Sequence record: SRR31156797_8874 | DNA: 38,836 bases | Reading direction: 5' to 3' (one strand) | Shown here: piece after piece, positions 1 through 9,190 of the stretch | Layout of the letters: the number at the start of each line of letters is the position of its first letter | Position numbering within the stretch: position 1 is the stretch's first letter | The notes under the pieces: generated by a model | Seen by the model: only the letters and a program-made list of their open reading frames with translations | Database searches by the model: none | What the model was told of the DNA's origin: nothing | Made by a program: the position numbers and the translations under genes

Positions 1-83
1 TATGGACCATTTTATTTTGGCATCGAGCCTAATCCGGCAAACTAATACATGACAAAAAAGTAGTAATTTGATATTTTCTTTGG

Positions 84-1145
84 ATGGAGAAATTTGACGC
101 CCGAAAACTGAGCACAGATGCTCAACAGGAAATTCGTTACCAGGTTATTCGACTGAAGAAAAAAGGTCATAAACGATCTAAAATCAGCGAGATCACTGGG
201 GTTCACCAAGGGACAATTTCAGCCTGGTTCACATTGTATAAAAAAGGCGGCAAAAAGGCCTTAAAAATTAAAAAACAGGGTCGCCCCACTGGAAGCAATC
301 GGACCCTGACACCGGATCAGGAAAAAGTGATTCAGAAGGCCATGTACGATAATTGCCCTGATCAAATGAAATTGCCTTTTGCATTGTGGACACGGATTGC
401 TGTCCAACAACGGATTGCTGTCCAACAATTGATCAGGCAGCTTTGGTCAATCAAAATGCCCATACGTAGTGTCGGAGAATATTTAAAAAGATGGGGTTTT
501 ACCCCACAACGCCCTCTGCGTAAAGCATATAAATAAAACCCCAAGGCCGTTAAAACCTGTCTTGAAACAGAATATCCAAAGATTGCCAGGAAGGCAATTA
601 AAGAAGACGCCCAAATTCAATGGGGGGATGAAACCGGTCTTTGCAACGATGGTTATCATGGTCGAAGTTACGCACCACGTGGTGAGACACCAGCTATTCA
701 AATTCATCCAAGATGCAAAAGAGTTAATTTGATTTCTATAGTCACAAACCAAGGTAAAGTCCGATTTATGGTCTATGATGATAAAATAAATTCCCAAACA
801 TTAATTAAATTTATGAGCCGATTAATCAAAGATTTTGATAAAAAGATATTTTTGATCTTAGATAACCTTAAAGTCCACTATAGCTACATTGTAAAGGATT
901 GGTTAAGAGTCCATAAAACAAAAATTGAAGTATTTTATCTGCCCGCCTATTCACCGGAATTGAATCCTGATGAATATTTGAATTGCGATTTAAAGGTTGG
1001 TGTTCATTCGGGCGTTCCCGCACGGACGAAGGACCAGTGAAAGCGAAAAGCTATATCTCATTTGAGAAAGCTGCAAAAATTACCAAATCGGATTAAGAAA
1101 CATTTTAAACATCCTAAAATTGCTTATGTGAAGGCAGCTATTTAA
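84..1145 (+). pseudogene. IS630-family transposase pseudogene (two in-frame stop codons)
   Basis: One reading frame: N-terminal HTH, WGFTPQRP, then WGDETG, LILDNL and LPAYSPELNPDE (DDE motifs). Interrupted by TAA at 534-536 and TGA at 1038-1040; the frame continues KRKAISHLRKLQKLP... to TAA at 1143-1145. Confidence 0.92.
393..428 (+). repeat. Perfect 18-bp tandem duplication inside the transposase
   Basis: CGGATTGCTGTCCAACAA occurs twice in tandem, encoding RIAVQQ-RIAVQQ. Confidence 0.95.
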
Positions 1146-1176
1146 TTGCCGGGTTAATATATTATGAGGGTCATAA

Positions 1177-1773
1177 ATGAGTCTTCCAAAAAATTTTATC
1201 CAAGAAACAATAGATGAACATTTACAAATTATAAAAATGCTGAAGCATGATAGTAAATTTATAATTAATCTTTTTGAGATATCTGAATTGATAACAAATT
1301 CTTTTATACAAGGTGGAAAGTTGCTTATTTGCGGTAATGGTGGAAGCGCTGCTGACTCACAGCACATTGCGACAGAATTAGTCAGCAGGTTTTTCATGGA
1401 AAGGCGTGCGTTGGATGCTGAAGCATTGAGCGTCAATACGTCTACTCTTACGGCAGTTGCCAATGACTATTGCTTTGATAAGGTCTTTTCAAGGCAGATA
1501 GAAGCAAAGGGAAAAAAAGAAGACGTACTTTTAGCAATTTCGACGAGTGGCAATTCCAAAAATGTTATTGAAGCGATCAAGTCTGCCAAAAATATTGGGA
1601 TGATAACCATTGGATTGTTTGGTAACAATACAGACAGTTTGATTTGTAAAATGTCGGATTATTATGTGTCAATTCCATCTAATTCTACACCTAGAATTCA
1701 GGAATCGCATATCCTCATAGGGCATATTATTTGTGAAATAATAGAATTAAACTTATTTAAAAAAGGAGATTAA
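1177..1773 (+). CDS. gmhA: Phosphoheptose (sedoheptulose-7-phosphate) isomerase, SIS domain
   Basis: Motifs CGNGGSAADSQH, ANDY, ISTSGNS and PRIQESH; 198 aa. Confidence 0.92.
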   Translation: MSLPKNFIQETIDEHLQIIKMLKHDSKFIINLFEISELITNSFIQGGKLLICGNGGSAADSQHIATELVSRFFMERRALDAEALSVNTSTLTAVANDYCFDKVFSRQIEAKGKKEDVLLAISTSGNSKNVIEAIKSAKNIGMITIGLFGNNTDSLICKMSDYYVSIPSNSTPRIQESHILIGHIICEIIELNLFKKGD

Positions 1774-1775
1774 TA

Positions 1776-2621
1776 GTGTCAATTTTTGTTATTGCTGAAA
1801 TAGGAATTAATCACAATGGTGATGTTGGGATCGCAAAAAAATTGATTGATGTTGCATGCTTAGCAGGGGCCGATGCGGTAAAATTTCAAAAAAGAACTAT
1901 TGATATTGTTTACACAAAGGAAATGCTTGATTCTCCAAGGGAAAGTCCTTGGGGTACTACACAGCGAGAGCAAAAGGAAGGCCTTGAGTTCGGGCTTGAA
2001 GAATATCAAGAATTAGATGCATATTGCAAACAAAAGGGAATAGACTGGTTTGCTTCTGCATGGGATATGGAAAGTCAAAAATTTTTAAGACAATTTGATT
2101 GCAAATACAATAAAGTTGCATCAGCTATGATGGTTTATGAGGAATTGTTAAAAGTAATTGCATCAGAAAAAAAACATACATTTATTTCTACCGGCATGTG
2201 CGACTTTGATCAAATTGACAGGGCCGTAGAGATCTTTAAGGAAGCAGGATGCCCATTTGAACTCATGCATTGCATTTCGACCTATCCCATGAATGACACA
2301 GATGCTAATTTAAACTGCATTAAGACACTTCAGGATCGTTATAAGTGCGATGTGGGTTACAGCGGACATGAAGTCGGATTGGCCGTATCATACGCAGCAG
2401 CAGCCCTTGGAATCACTTCTTTGGAAAGACATATTACCATTAACAGGGCAATGTATGGGTCAGACCAGGCAGCCTCTGTTGAGACTGCTGGTTATATACA
2501 ATTGGTTGGAGCTGTCAGAAAGATTGAAAAAGCGATGGGTGATGGTAAAGTGAGCTTTACTGCCAATGAAATTCCAGTTGCAAAAAGTCTCAGGGCGCAT
2601 ATTCCGTTTGAATCTAATTGA
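1776..2621 (+). CDS. NeuB-family ulosonate synthase, short form without the C-terminal SAF/antifreeze-like domain
   Basis: IAEIGINHNG, DAVKFQKR, GYSGHE and LERHIT motifs; 281 aa; no KRPG segment; GTG start with AAGGAG RBS inside the end of gmhA. Confidence 0.9.
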   Translation: MSIFVIAEIGINHNGDVGIAKKLIDVACLAGADAVKFQKRTIDIVYTKEMLDSPRESPWGTTQREQKEGLEFGLEEYQELDAYCKQKGIDWFASAWDMESQKFLRQFDCKYNKVASAMMVYEELLKVIASEKKHTFISTGMCDFDQIDRAVEIFKEAGCPFELMHCISTYPMNDTDANLNCIKTLQDRYKCDVGYSGHEVGLAVSYAAAALGITSLERHITINRAMYGSDQAASVETAGYIQLVGAVRKIEKAMGDGKVSFTANEIPVAKSLRAHIPFESN

Positions 2622-2635
2622 TACAGGGAAAACAC

Positions 2636-3328
2636 ATGGCTAAAGCTGTTGCAATCATTCTTGCAAGGGGGGGGTCCAAAGGCATTCCAGGGAAAAATAT
2701 TGTTGACTTCTGCGGAAAACCATTAATTGTTTGGACAATCGAACAGTTCCAACGCGCAAATGGAATTGATTCTATTTGGGTCAGTTCAGACAGCGAGGAA
2801 ATTCTTGCTGTGGGGAGAAACTGTGGTGTTGAAACGATACTTAGGCCAGATGACATTTCCAGCGATGTTGCCACTTCTGAATCCGGGTGGCTTCACGCCT
2901 TGGAGATTATAGAAAATAAAGTGGGGACAGTTGATATCGTAATTGCACCCCAAGTTACTTCGCCCTTACGGGAAACAACTGATATAGAATCTGGTCTCTG
3001 TGATTTTCAGAAACAAAAATGTGATTCAATGTTCACTTGTAGTGTTGTGGAAGACTTTTTTCTCTGGAGAAAAATGACGGACGGGACATTGGAAAGTGTA
3101 AACTATGATTATAGAAATCGGAAGCGGCGCCAGGAGATAGCTGAAAAATATATTGAAAATGGATCTTTTTACATCTTTAAACCGAAGGTATTGCGGCGAG
3201 ATAACAACCGCCTCGGTGGAAAAGTTGGCTTAAAACAGATGGAATTCTGGAAAATGTTCCAGATTGATGAACCTTCAGATATTAAATTATGTCAGGTCGT
3301 CATGCGTGGCTATGGGTTAGATAAATGA
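2636..3328 (+). CDS. Acylneuraminate (CMP-ulosonate) cytidylyltransferase, NeuA/KdsB family
   Basis: ILARGGSKGIPGKN, QVTSPLR, ENGSFY and QIDE motifs; ATG 2636 preferred over TTG 2618. Confidence 0.9.
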   Translation: MAKAVAIILARGGSKGIPGKNIVDFCGKPLIVWTIEQFQRANGIDSIWVSSDSEEILAVGRNCGVETILRPDDISSDVATSESGWLHALEIIENKVGTVDIVIAPQVTSPLRETTDIESGLCDFQKQKCDSMFTCSVVEDFFLWRKMTDGTLESVNYDYRNRKRRQEIAEKYIENGSFYIFKPKVLRRDNNRLGGKVGLKQMEFWKMFQIDEPSDIKLCQVVMRGYGLDK

Positions 3329-4098
3329 CATTTTGTTTTGAACAACTTTTTTCACTAAAAGGAAAAGTTGCTGTTGTTACAGGTGCGTCAAGAGGGATTG
3401 GTGCAGCTATTGCCAAAGGCTTTGTTTTAGCCGGTGCCCATGTGATTGGATTTGGGCGTTCTCCTGTTCCCGAGTGGAGCGAAAGTCAAATCAGCGCAGG
3501 TCTTGAATATTGGATTTGTGATATTACTGATGAAGAACAGCTGGAGAACCAGATAAGCCGAATTTATAAGCAAGAAAAGCGTATAGATATTCTAGTTAAT
3601 GCGGCCGGGATTACGCTTTCTGCAAATGAAACTGACAGCCAAGAAAAAATGTTCACCAAATTTGATAAAACGATTAATGTCAATTTACGAGCTGCTTATC
3701 GTGCTACAATGCTGACAGCTAAATTTATGCATGATAACGGTTCCATTATTAATATAACGAGTATTAACAGCATGGTTGGTTTTCCAGGCAATCCTGGCTA
3801 TGTAGCCTCCAAAGGAGGACTACGAATGCTAACCAAAGCACTGTCAATTGACTTGGCAAGCCAAGGTATTCGGGTTAATGCTATTGCACTTGGCTATTTT
3901 CGTACAGCTATGACAGCATATAGTTATGCAGATAAGAAATTACGTGCTAAACGGTTGGAACGGATGATCCTTAAGCGTTATGGTGAACCAAATGAGGTAG
4001 TAGGCGCAGCAATTTTTCTTGCTTCGGAAGCCTCTTCTTATATGACTGGACAAGATATATGTATAGATGGAGGCTGGACTGCCAAGGGGATAGATTAG
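3325..4098 (+). CDS. Classical short-chain dehydrogenase/reductase (gluconate-5-dehydrogenase-like)
   Basis: TGASRGIG, VNAAG, YVASK and DGG motifs; ATGA overlap with the upstream gene. Confidence 0.88.
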   Translation: MTFCFEQLFSLKGKVAVVTGASRGIGAAIAKGFVLAGAHVIGFGRSPVPEWSESQISAGLEYWICDITDEEQLENQISRIYKQEKRIDILVNAAGITLSANETDSQEKMFTKFDKTINVNLRAAYRATMLTAKFMHDNGSIINITSINSMVGFPGNPGYVASKGGLRMLTKALSIDLASQGIRVNAIALGYFRTAMTAYSYADKKLRAKRLERMILKRYGEPNEVVGAAIFLASEASSYMTGQDICIDGGWTAKGID

Positions 4099-4133
4099 AA
4101 GTGTTTGGGAGTGATTTTTAAAGTGAGGACAAA

Positions 4134-4934
4134 ATGAAGGCATATTTTAATGGATTGTATTGTGTTCACCTGGAGTTAACCAGCAGATGCAACAAGAATT
4201 GCTGGATGTGCGGCAGGAGAAAAATAGACAAAGAACACCCCGAAATAGCCATAAATTATGGTGATATGGATTTTGAGCTGATTAAAAGAATAGCAGAACA
4301 GTTGCCAGAAGGGATTGTAATTCAATTCCATAACAACGGCGAACCATTGCTCTATCCAAAATTTGGAGAAGCCGTCAAATTATTCAAAAATCAAATTAGA
4401 TGCTTAGATACTAATGCTAAACTTATTGTTGATAAGGCTGATGAGATTATCGATAACCTGGATACCATAACTATTTCTATTTTCGAAAAAGATCCGGAAG
4501 GAGACGAGCAGTATGAGCTTGTCAAGAAATTTCTTGAGATTAAAGGGGATAGAAAGCCAAATTTAATATTCAGATGCTTGGGAGATGTGGATACAAAAAG
4601 GTGGGAGGAGTTAGACGGGATTATTGCTACCAGGATATTGCATAATCCACTTGGAAGCTTCAAATATAGCAAAAAACCGACTGTGCCGGAAATCGGAATA
4701 TGCCTGGAAATTTTGAATCACATGGCCATAAACAGATTCGGCGAAGTTTCCATTTGTGTGAGATTTGATCCCAAGCGTCTTGGAGTCATCGGAGATGCAA
4801 CTGTGGATTCATTATTAGATATCTGGAACGGAACAAAAAGAAAAGACTGGGTTCAGGATCATATTCAGGGGAAAAGAGATAAAATCCCCTTGTGCAGTTA
4901 TTGTGATTTTTGGGGAGTGCCGACAGGGATTTGA
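4134..4934 (+). CDS. Radical SAM protein with SPASM/twitch-like C-terminal domain
   Basis: CNKNCWMC (CxxxCxxC), NGEPLL, and C-terminal cysteines (ICLE...VSIC...CSYC). Confidence 0.88.
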   Translation: MKAYFNGLYCVHLELTSRCNKNCWMCGRRKIDKEHPEIAINYGDMDFELIKRIAEQLPEGIVIQFHNNGEPLLYPKFGEAVKLFKNQIRCLDTNAKLIVDKADEIIDNLDTITISIFEKDPEGDEQYELVKKFLEIKGDRKPNLIFRCLGDVDTKRWEELDGIIATRILHNPLGSFKYSKKPTVPEIGICLEILNHMAINRFGEVSICVRFDPKRLGVIGDATVDSLLDIWNGTKRKDWVQDHIQGKRDKIPLCSYCDFWGVPTGI

Positions 4935-4943
4935 TGATGAAAA

Positions 4944-5087
4944 GTTATGATATCATAACCATGTTTCATTTATTGAGGCATATTTCTGATCTCCAAAAAG
5001 TATCAGAAAACATCAAACAATAACATGTCTTAAAGTGGTTCAAAGTCAGTATTTCCGACTTTTTTCACTTTTACAGGTTCAAGTGAA
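4944..5087. promoter_or_regulatory. Cluster of four intergenic inverted repeats, function unknown
   Basis: Perfect palindrome GTTATGATATCATAAC (4944-4959); TTTCTGAT/ATCAGAAA (4983-5009); AAAGTC/GACTTT (5042-5062); TTCACTT/AAGTGAA (5064-5087). Confidence 0.4.
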
Positions 5088-5120
5088 CATGAAAATTGCC
5101 AAGAAAACATAAACTCATTA

Positions 5121-6932
5121 ATGACAATACTTGATAAATTATCCGTAGTTTTTAATCCGGCCGAGCAAAAAATAATAGCCTTTCTTTTTGTAGGTGTTTT
5201 TGTGCTGAGTCTGCTCGAAGTTGCAGGTGTCGCTTCTATCGCCCCTTTCATGGCTGTAGTTTCTAACCCTGACATAATTCATAGGAATGAGTTTTTAAGT
5301 TCAGTGTATAACCACTCCAGTGCCACAAGTGTCGGCCAATTTCAGATCGGTCTGGGTGCATTTGTGTTGGGTGTGCTGATTATATCCAATGGTTACGCGG
5401 CCTTTATGACCTGGCAGATTATTTGTTTTAGTAAAAAACAAGGCCATAATTTGGCGGTGCGTCTGTTCAGCAATTACCTATCGCAACCCTATCTCTTTTT
5501 TTTAAACAGGAATTCTGCAGATTTATGTAAAAATGTGCTTTCTGAAGTAGAGCGAAGCGTTAACGGCGTTATTTTGCCTGGGATGCAAGTGCTTTCGAAA
5601 GTTGTGGTTACTATCGTTCTGTGTTCTTTTTTGATATATTTGGAACCCATAATATCAGTTAGTGTTATTTTTGTGTTTGGTGGTGCTTATGCATTAATTT
5701 TCAAATTTGCGCGGCATCGATTGCACTTGTTAGGGGTTGCTTCAACCAAAGTAATATTGAGTCGTTTTAAAATTGCCAACGAAGCCATGTCTGGAATCAA
5801 AGATTTGAAACTGCACGGTAGTGAACAGGAGTTTTTCAATCGATTTTCAGAACCTTCAGAGGCACATGCACATATTTCTTCTCGGAGTGCCATGATTTCG
5901 CTGCTCCCCCGCTATGCTCTCGAGACTACCGCCTTTGGTGGAATTATAGTGTTTGTATGTTACTTAATTTACAGTGGTAAAAATAGCGGTGAAATCATTC
6001 CATTAATCTCCATTTACGCACTTGCAGGATATAAGCTGCTGCCGGCACTGCAACAGATCTATTCTAATGTAACTACTATAAGATATAACCTGCCATCACT
6101 GGAAATCTTAATCACAGATCTTTTTCATTCAAAGGGTAAAAGGAATACCTCACAACAGACGAATCAAACGATTCATTTTGGAAAACTTCTCCAATTGGTA
6201 TCATTGAACTTTTATTATCCGGGTATCCAGGAGCCGGTGATAGACGATTTGAACCTGAAGGTTTTTCCTAATACGACTGTGGGACTGGTGGGAACTACTG
6301 GTTCTGGCAAGACCACATTAGTTGATATTTTACTGGGATTGTTACCTGTTGGATCAGGTCAGTTTACCATAGATGATGTAAAAATTACGGAACAAAATCT
6401 TTCCGCCTGGCAGAAAAATATAGGCTATGTTCCGCAAGATATTTATCTGATCGATAATACTATCGCACGGAATATAGCTTTTGCTATACCTGATGATAAA
6501 ATTGATATGGACAAAGTGATCGAAGCAGCAAAACTGGCAGAATTAGACGCCTTTATTCAGGAGCTACCATTACAATATCAAACAGAGGTGGGTGAACGTG
6601 GTGTCCGTCTCAGTGGGGGGCAGCGCCAACGAATTGGTATTGCCCGTGCCTTATACTACAATCCTAAAATACTGATATTGGATGAAGCCACTAGTGCCCT
6701 GGACGGAATCACTGAAAATGTGATTATGGACGCTATTCACAATTTATCTAACCAGAAAACTATTATCATGATTGCTCACCGCTTGGCCAGTCTCAAAGAG
6801 TGTGATGTAATTCATGTGATGGATAAGGGCAAAATAACCGATAGTGGCTCTTATGATGAATTAATTGTGAAAAATGAGCAGTTTAGAAATATGGCAAATC
6901 AGAAGGAATCCCCAGACCAGATTGTTTCATGA
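5121..6932 (+). CDS. ABC transporter, fused permease-ATPase, PglK/WlaB/MsbA-like lipid-linked oligosaccharide flippase
   Basis: N-terminal hydrophobic helices; Walker A GTTGSGKT, signature LSGGQRQR, Walker B ILILDEATSALD, H-loop IAHRL; glycan-cluster context. Confidence 0.88.
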   Translation: MTILDKLSVVFNPAEQKIIAFLFVGVFVLSLLEVAGVASIAPFMAVVSNPDIIHRNEFLSSVYNHSSATSVGQFQIGLGAFVLGVLIISNGYAAFMTWQIICFSKKQGHNLAVRLFSNYLSQPYLFFLNRNSADLCKNVLSEVERSVNGVILPGMQVLSKVVVTIVLCSFLIYLEPIISVSVIFVFGGAYALIFKFARHRLHLLGVASTKVILSRFKIANEAMSGIKDLKLHGSEQEFFNRFSEPSEAHAHISSRSAMISLLPRYALETTAFGGIIVFVCYLIYSGKNSGEIIPLISIYALAGYKLLPALQQIYSNVTTIRYNLPSLEILITDLFHSKGKRNTSQQTNQTIHFGKLLQLVSLNFYYPGIQEPVIDDLNLKVFPNTTVGLVGTTGSGKTTLVDILLGLLPVGSGQFTIDDVKITEQNLSAWQKNIGYVPQDIYLIDNTIARNIAFAIPDDKIDMDKVIEAAKLAELDAFIQELPLQYQTEVGERGVRLSGGQRQRIGIARALYYNPKILILDEATSALDGITENVIMDAIHNLSNQKTIIMIAHRLASLKECDVIHVMDKGKITDSGSYDELIVKNEQFRNMANQKESPDQIVS

Positions 6933-7053
6933 TTAAGTCTGGTTCAAGGCTTCTTTTATTTTAAAAAATTTCCACCGCCGGCAGAGATAACAGATCTCTG
7001 AAATGGGATTGTTAAGGAAAGATTTTGGCAACAGACTTTGTAGAGAGCAAAAA

Positions 7054-8034
7054 ATGAAAAGAGTACTTATCACAGGGGCTGACGGATTTATCGGTTCACA
7101 TCTTACTGAAATGTTGGTTGCCAAAGGCTGTCAAGTAAAGGCACTTTCTCAGTATAATTCCTTCAATAATTGGGGATGGTTGGAGGAGGTTGATTGTAAA
7201 GATCAAATTGAAATCTTGGCTGGAGACGTGCGAGATCCTTATTACTGTAAGCATATCACAAAAAATATAGATGTCGTTTTTCATCTCGCAGCACTGATTG
7301 CTATACCATACTCCTATACAGCTCCAGAAAGTTATGTGGATACGAACATAAAGGGAACACTCAATATTTGTCAGGCGGCACGCGAAAATGATGTGAATCG
7401 TGTCATTCATACATCGACAAGTGAAGTGTATGGCACTGCTCAGTATGTTCCGATTGACGAAAAGCACCCATTGCAACCACAATCTCCCTATAGTGCCACT
7501 AAGATTGCTGCCGATGCAATAGCAATGAGTTTCCATAATGCCTTTGATCTGCCGGTTACCATTGCTCGGCCATTTAACACTTATGGCCCGCGCCAATCTG
7601 CACGGGCAGTAATTCCAACTATAATTACGCAAATTGCAAACGGTAAAAAAGAAATTCAATTGGGTGATGTGGCGCCGACGCGGGATTTCAACTATGTAGA
7701 AGATACCTGCAGAGGTCTCATTGCTCTGGCTGAATGTGATACCGTTATTGGTCGAACACTCAATATTGGCTCGAACTATGAAATCAGCGTGGGTGACACC
7801 CTTAATATCATTAAAGAACTGATGGGGAGTGATGTAAGATTTATTGTCGATGAACAGCGTCTACGGCCGGGTAAATCAGAGGTTTTCCGACTCTGGTGTG
7901 ATAATAGCAAAATAGTAGCGTTAACGGGATTTAAACCAGAGGTTGATATACGCGAGGGGCTGCAAAAGACGATTGATTGGATTACACAGCCAGAACACCT
8001 GAAAACCTACAAAGCAGAAATTTATAATGTTTGA
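7054..8034 (+). CDS. legB: NDP-GlcNAc 4,6-dehydratase, LegB-like
   Basis: GADGFIGSH, YNSFNNWGWL, HLAALIAIPYSY, TSTSEVYG and YSATK motifs; start taken at ATG 7054. Confidence 0.85.
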   Translation: MKRVLITGADGFIGSHLTEMLVAKGCQVKALSQYNSFNNWGWLEEVDCKDQIEILAGDVRDPYYCKHITKNIDVVFHLAALIAIPYSYTAPESYVDTNIKGTLNICQAARENDVNRVIHTSTSEVYGTAQYVPIDEKHPLQPQSPYSATKIAADAIAMSFHNAFDLPVTIARPFNTYGPRQSARAVIPTIITQIANGKKEIQLGDVAPTRDFNYVEDTCRGLIALAECDTVIGRTLNIGSNYEISVGDTLNIIKELMGSDVRFIVDEQRLRPGKSEVFRLWCDNSKIVALTGFKPEVDIREGLQKTIDWITQPEHLKTYKAEIYNV

Positions 8035-9190
8035 TGATTTTGTGAATTTTGTGCGAGAACTCTATGGCACCAATGATTACATCCCATTACATGAGCCTCG
8101 ATTTGTTGGCAATGAAAAAAAATATTTGCTCGAAACTATTGATACAACCTTTGTTTCAAGTGTTGGTAAATTCGTCGATGATTTTGAATCTGCCGTTGCA
8201 GAATATACAGGTGCAAAATTTGCTATTGCCACAGTGAACGGAACAGCGGCATTGCATACGGCACTGAAGTTGGCAGATGTCAATAGTTGCGATGAAGTTA
8301 TCACTCAGTCGTTAACATTTGTGGCGACTTGCAATGCCATTCGCTATTGTAATGCCGAGCCGGTTTTTGTGGATGTTTGCAGGAAAACTCTTGGACTCTC
8401 ACCAAAAAGTGTAAAAGCTTTTCTTGAAGAACATTGCGAAGTGCGAACTGATGGTTGCTGTTGGAACAAGAAAACGAATCGAATCGTTCGTGCCTGTGTC
8501 CCCATGCATACCTTTGGTTTTCCAGTTCAACTGGATGAACTGAAGTTAATTTGTGATCAGTACAACATTGTTTTGGTCGAGGAGGCGGCTGAATCGCTCG
8601 GTAGTTTTTATAAGGGGCGGCATACTGGTACCACGGGCAAGGTCGCTATCCTCAGTTTTAATGGCAACAAGATTGTTACCACCGGTGGTGGTGGTATAAT
8701 CCTTACTAATGACAAGGAACTTGCCACTCAGGCTAAGCACATCACCACAACGGCAAAGCTTTTACATAGTTGGGATTTTGAGCATGATGAGACCGGTTTC
8801 AACTACCGACTTCCTAATATCAATGCAGCGCTTGGTGTGGCGCAGATGGAGGCTTTGGCCGGATTCGTTGACAAGAAGCGTGAAGTCGCTATGCGATATC
8901 AAGAGTGGGGTAAAGAAAAAGGCGTACGTTTTGTACTGGAACCAGATGATACAAAAGCAAACTATTGGTTGAACGCCGTCATCACCAAAGACAAGCAACA
9001 GCGGGATTTAATGTTGGAGCACACAAATAAAAACCATGTGATGACTCGTCCAGCATGGACGCCCATGCATAGACTACCAATGAACTTATATTGTCAACAT
9101 GATGAATTAAAAAACACCGAGTGGCTATTTGAACGTTTGGTGAATATTCCAAGTAGCGTTCCTCAAGGGGCAACTCACATTAATGGCTAA
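8027..9190 (+). CDS. legC: LegC-family PLP-dependent sugar aminotransferase
   Basis: IPLHEP, FVSSVG, SFNGNKIVTTGGGG, FNYRLPNINAALG and NIPSS motifs; directly follows legB. Confidence 0.88.
   Translation: MFDDFVNFVRELYGTNDYIPLHEPRFVGNEKKYLLETIDTTFVSSVGKFVDDFESAVAEYTGAKFAIATVNGTAALHTALKLADVNSCDEVITQSLTFVATCNAIRYCNAEPVFVDVCRKTLGLSPKSVKAFLEEHCEVRTDGCCWNKKTNRIVRACVPMHTFGFPVQLDELKLICDQYNIVLVEEAAESLGSFYKGRHTGTTGKVAILSFNGNKIVTTGGGGIILTNDKELATQAKHITTTAKLLHSWDFEHDETGFNYRLPNINAALGVAQMEALAGFVDKKREVAMRYQEWGKEKGVRFVLEPDDTKANYWLNAVITKDKQQRDLMLEHTNKNHVMTRPAWTPMHRLPMNLYCQHDELKNTEWLFERLVNIPSSVPQGATHING

Larger units (their letters stand above)
30..1156 (+). mobile_element. IS630-family insertion sequence (decayed)
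   Basis: Imperfect terminal inverted repeats: left TAATCCGGCAA (30-40) vs right TTGCCGGGTTA (1146-1156, reverse complement TAACCCGGCAA), extending to about 24 nt with mismatches. A TA dinucleotide lies just outside the right end. The repeats enclose an IS630-type transposase. Confidence 0.85.

Noticed and set aside
520-545. Programmed frameshift in the IS630 transposase
   Set aside because: Upstream and downstream parts are in the same frame; the break is a simple stop codon.
6982-7000. Hairpin CAGAGAT-aacag-ATCTCTG before legB as a terminator
   Set aside because: 7-bp stem with no following T tract.
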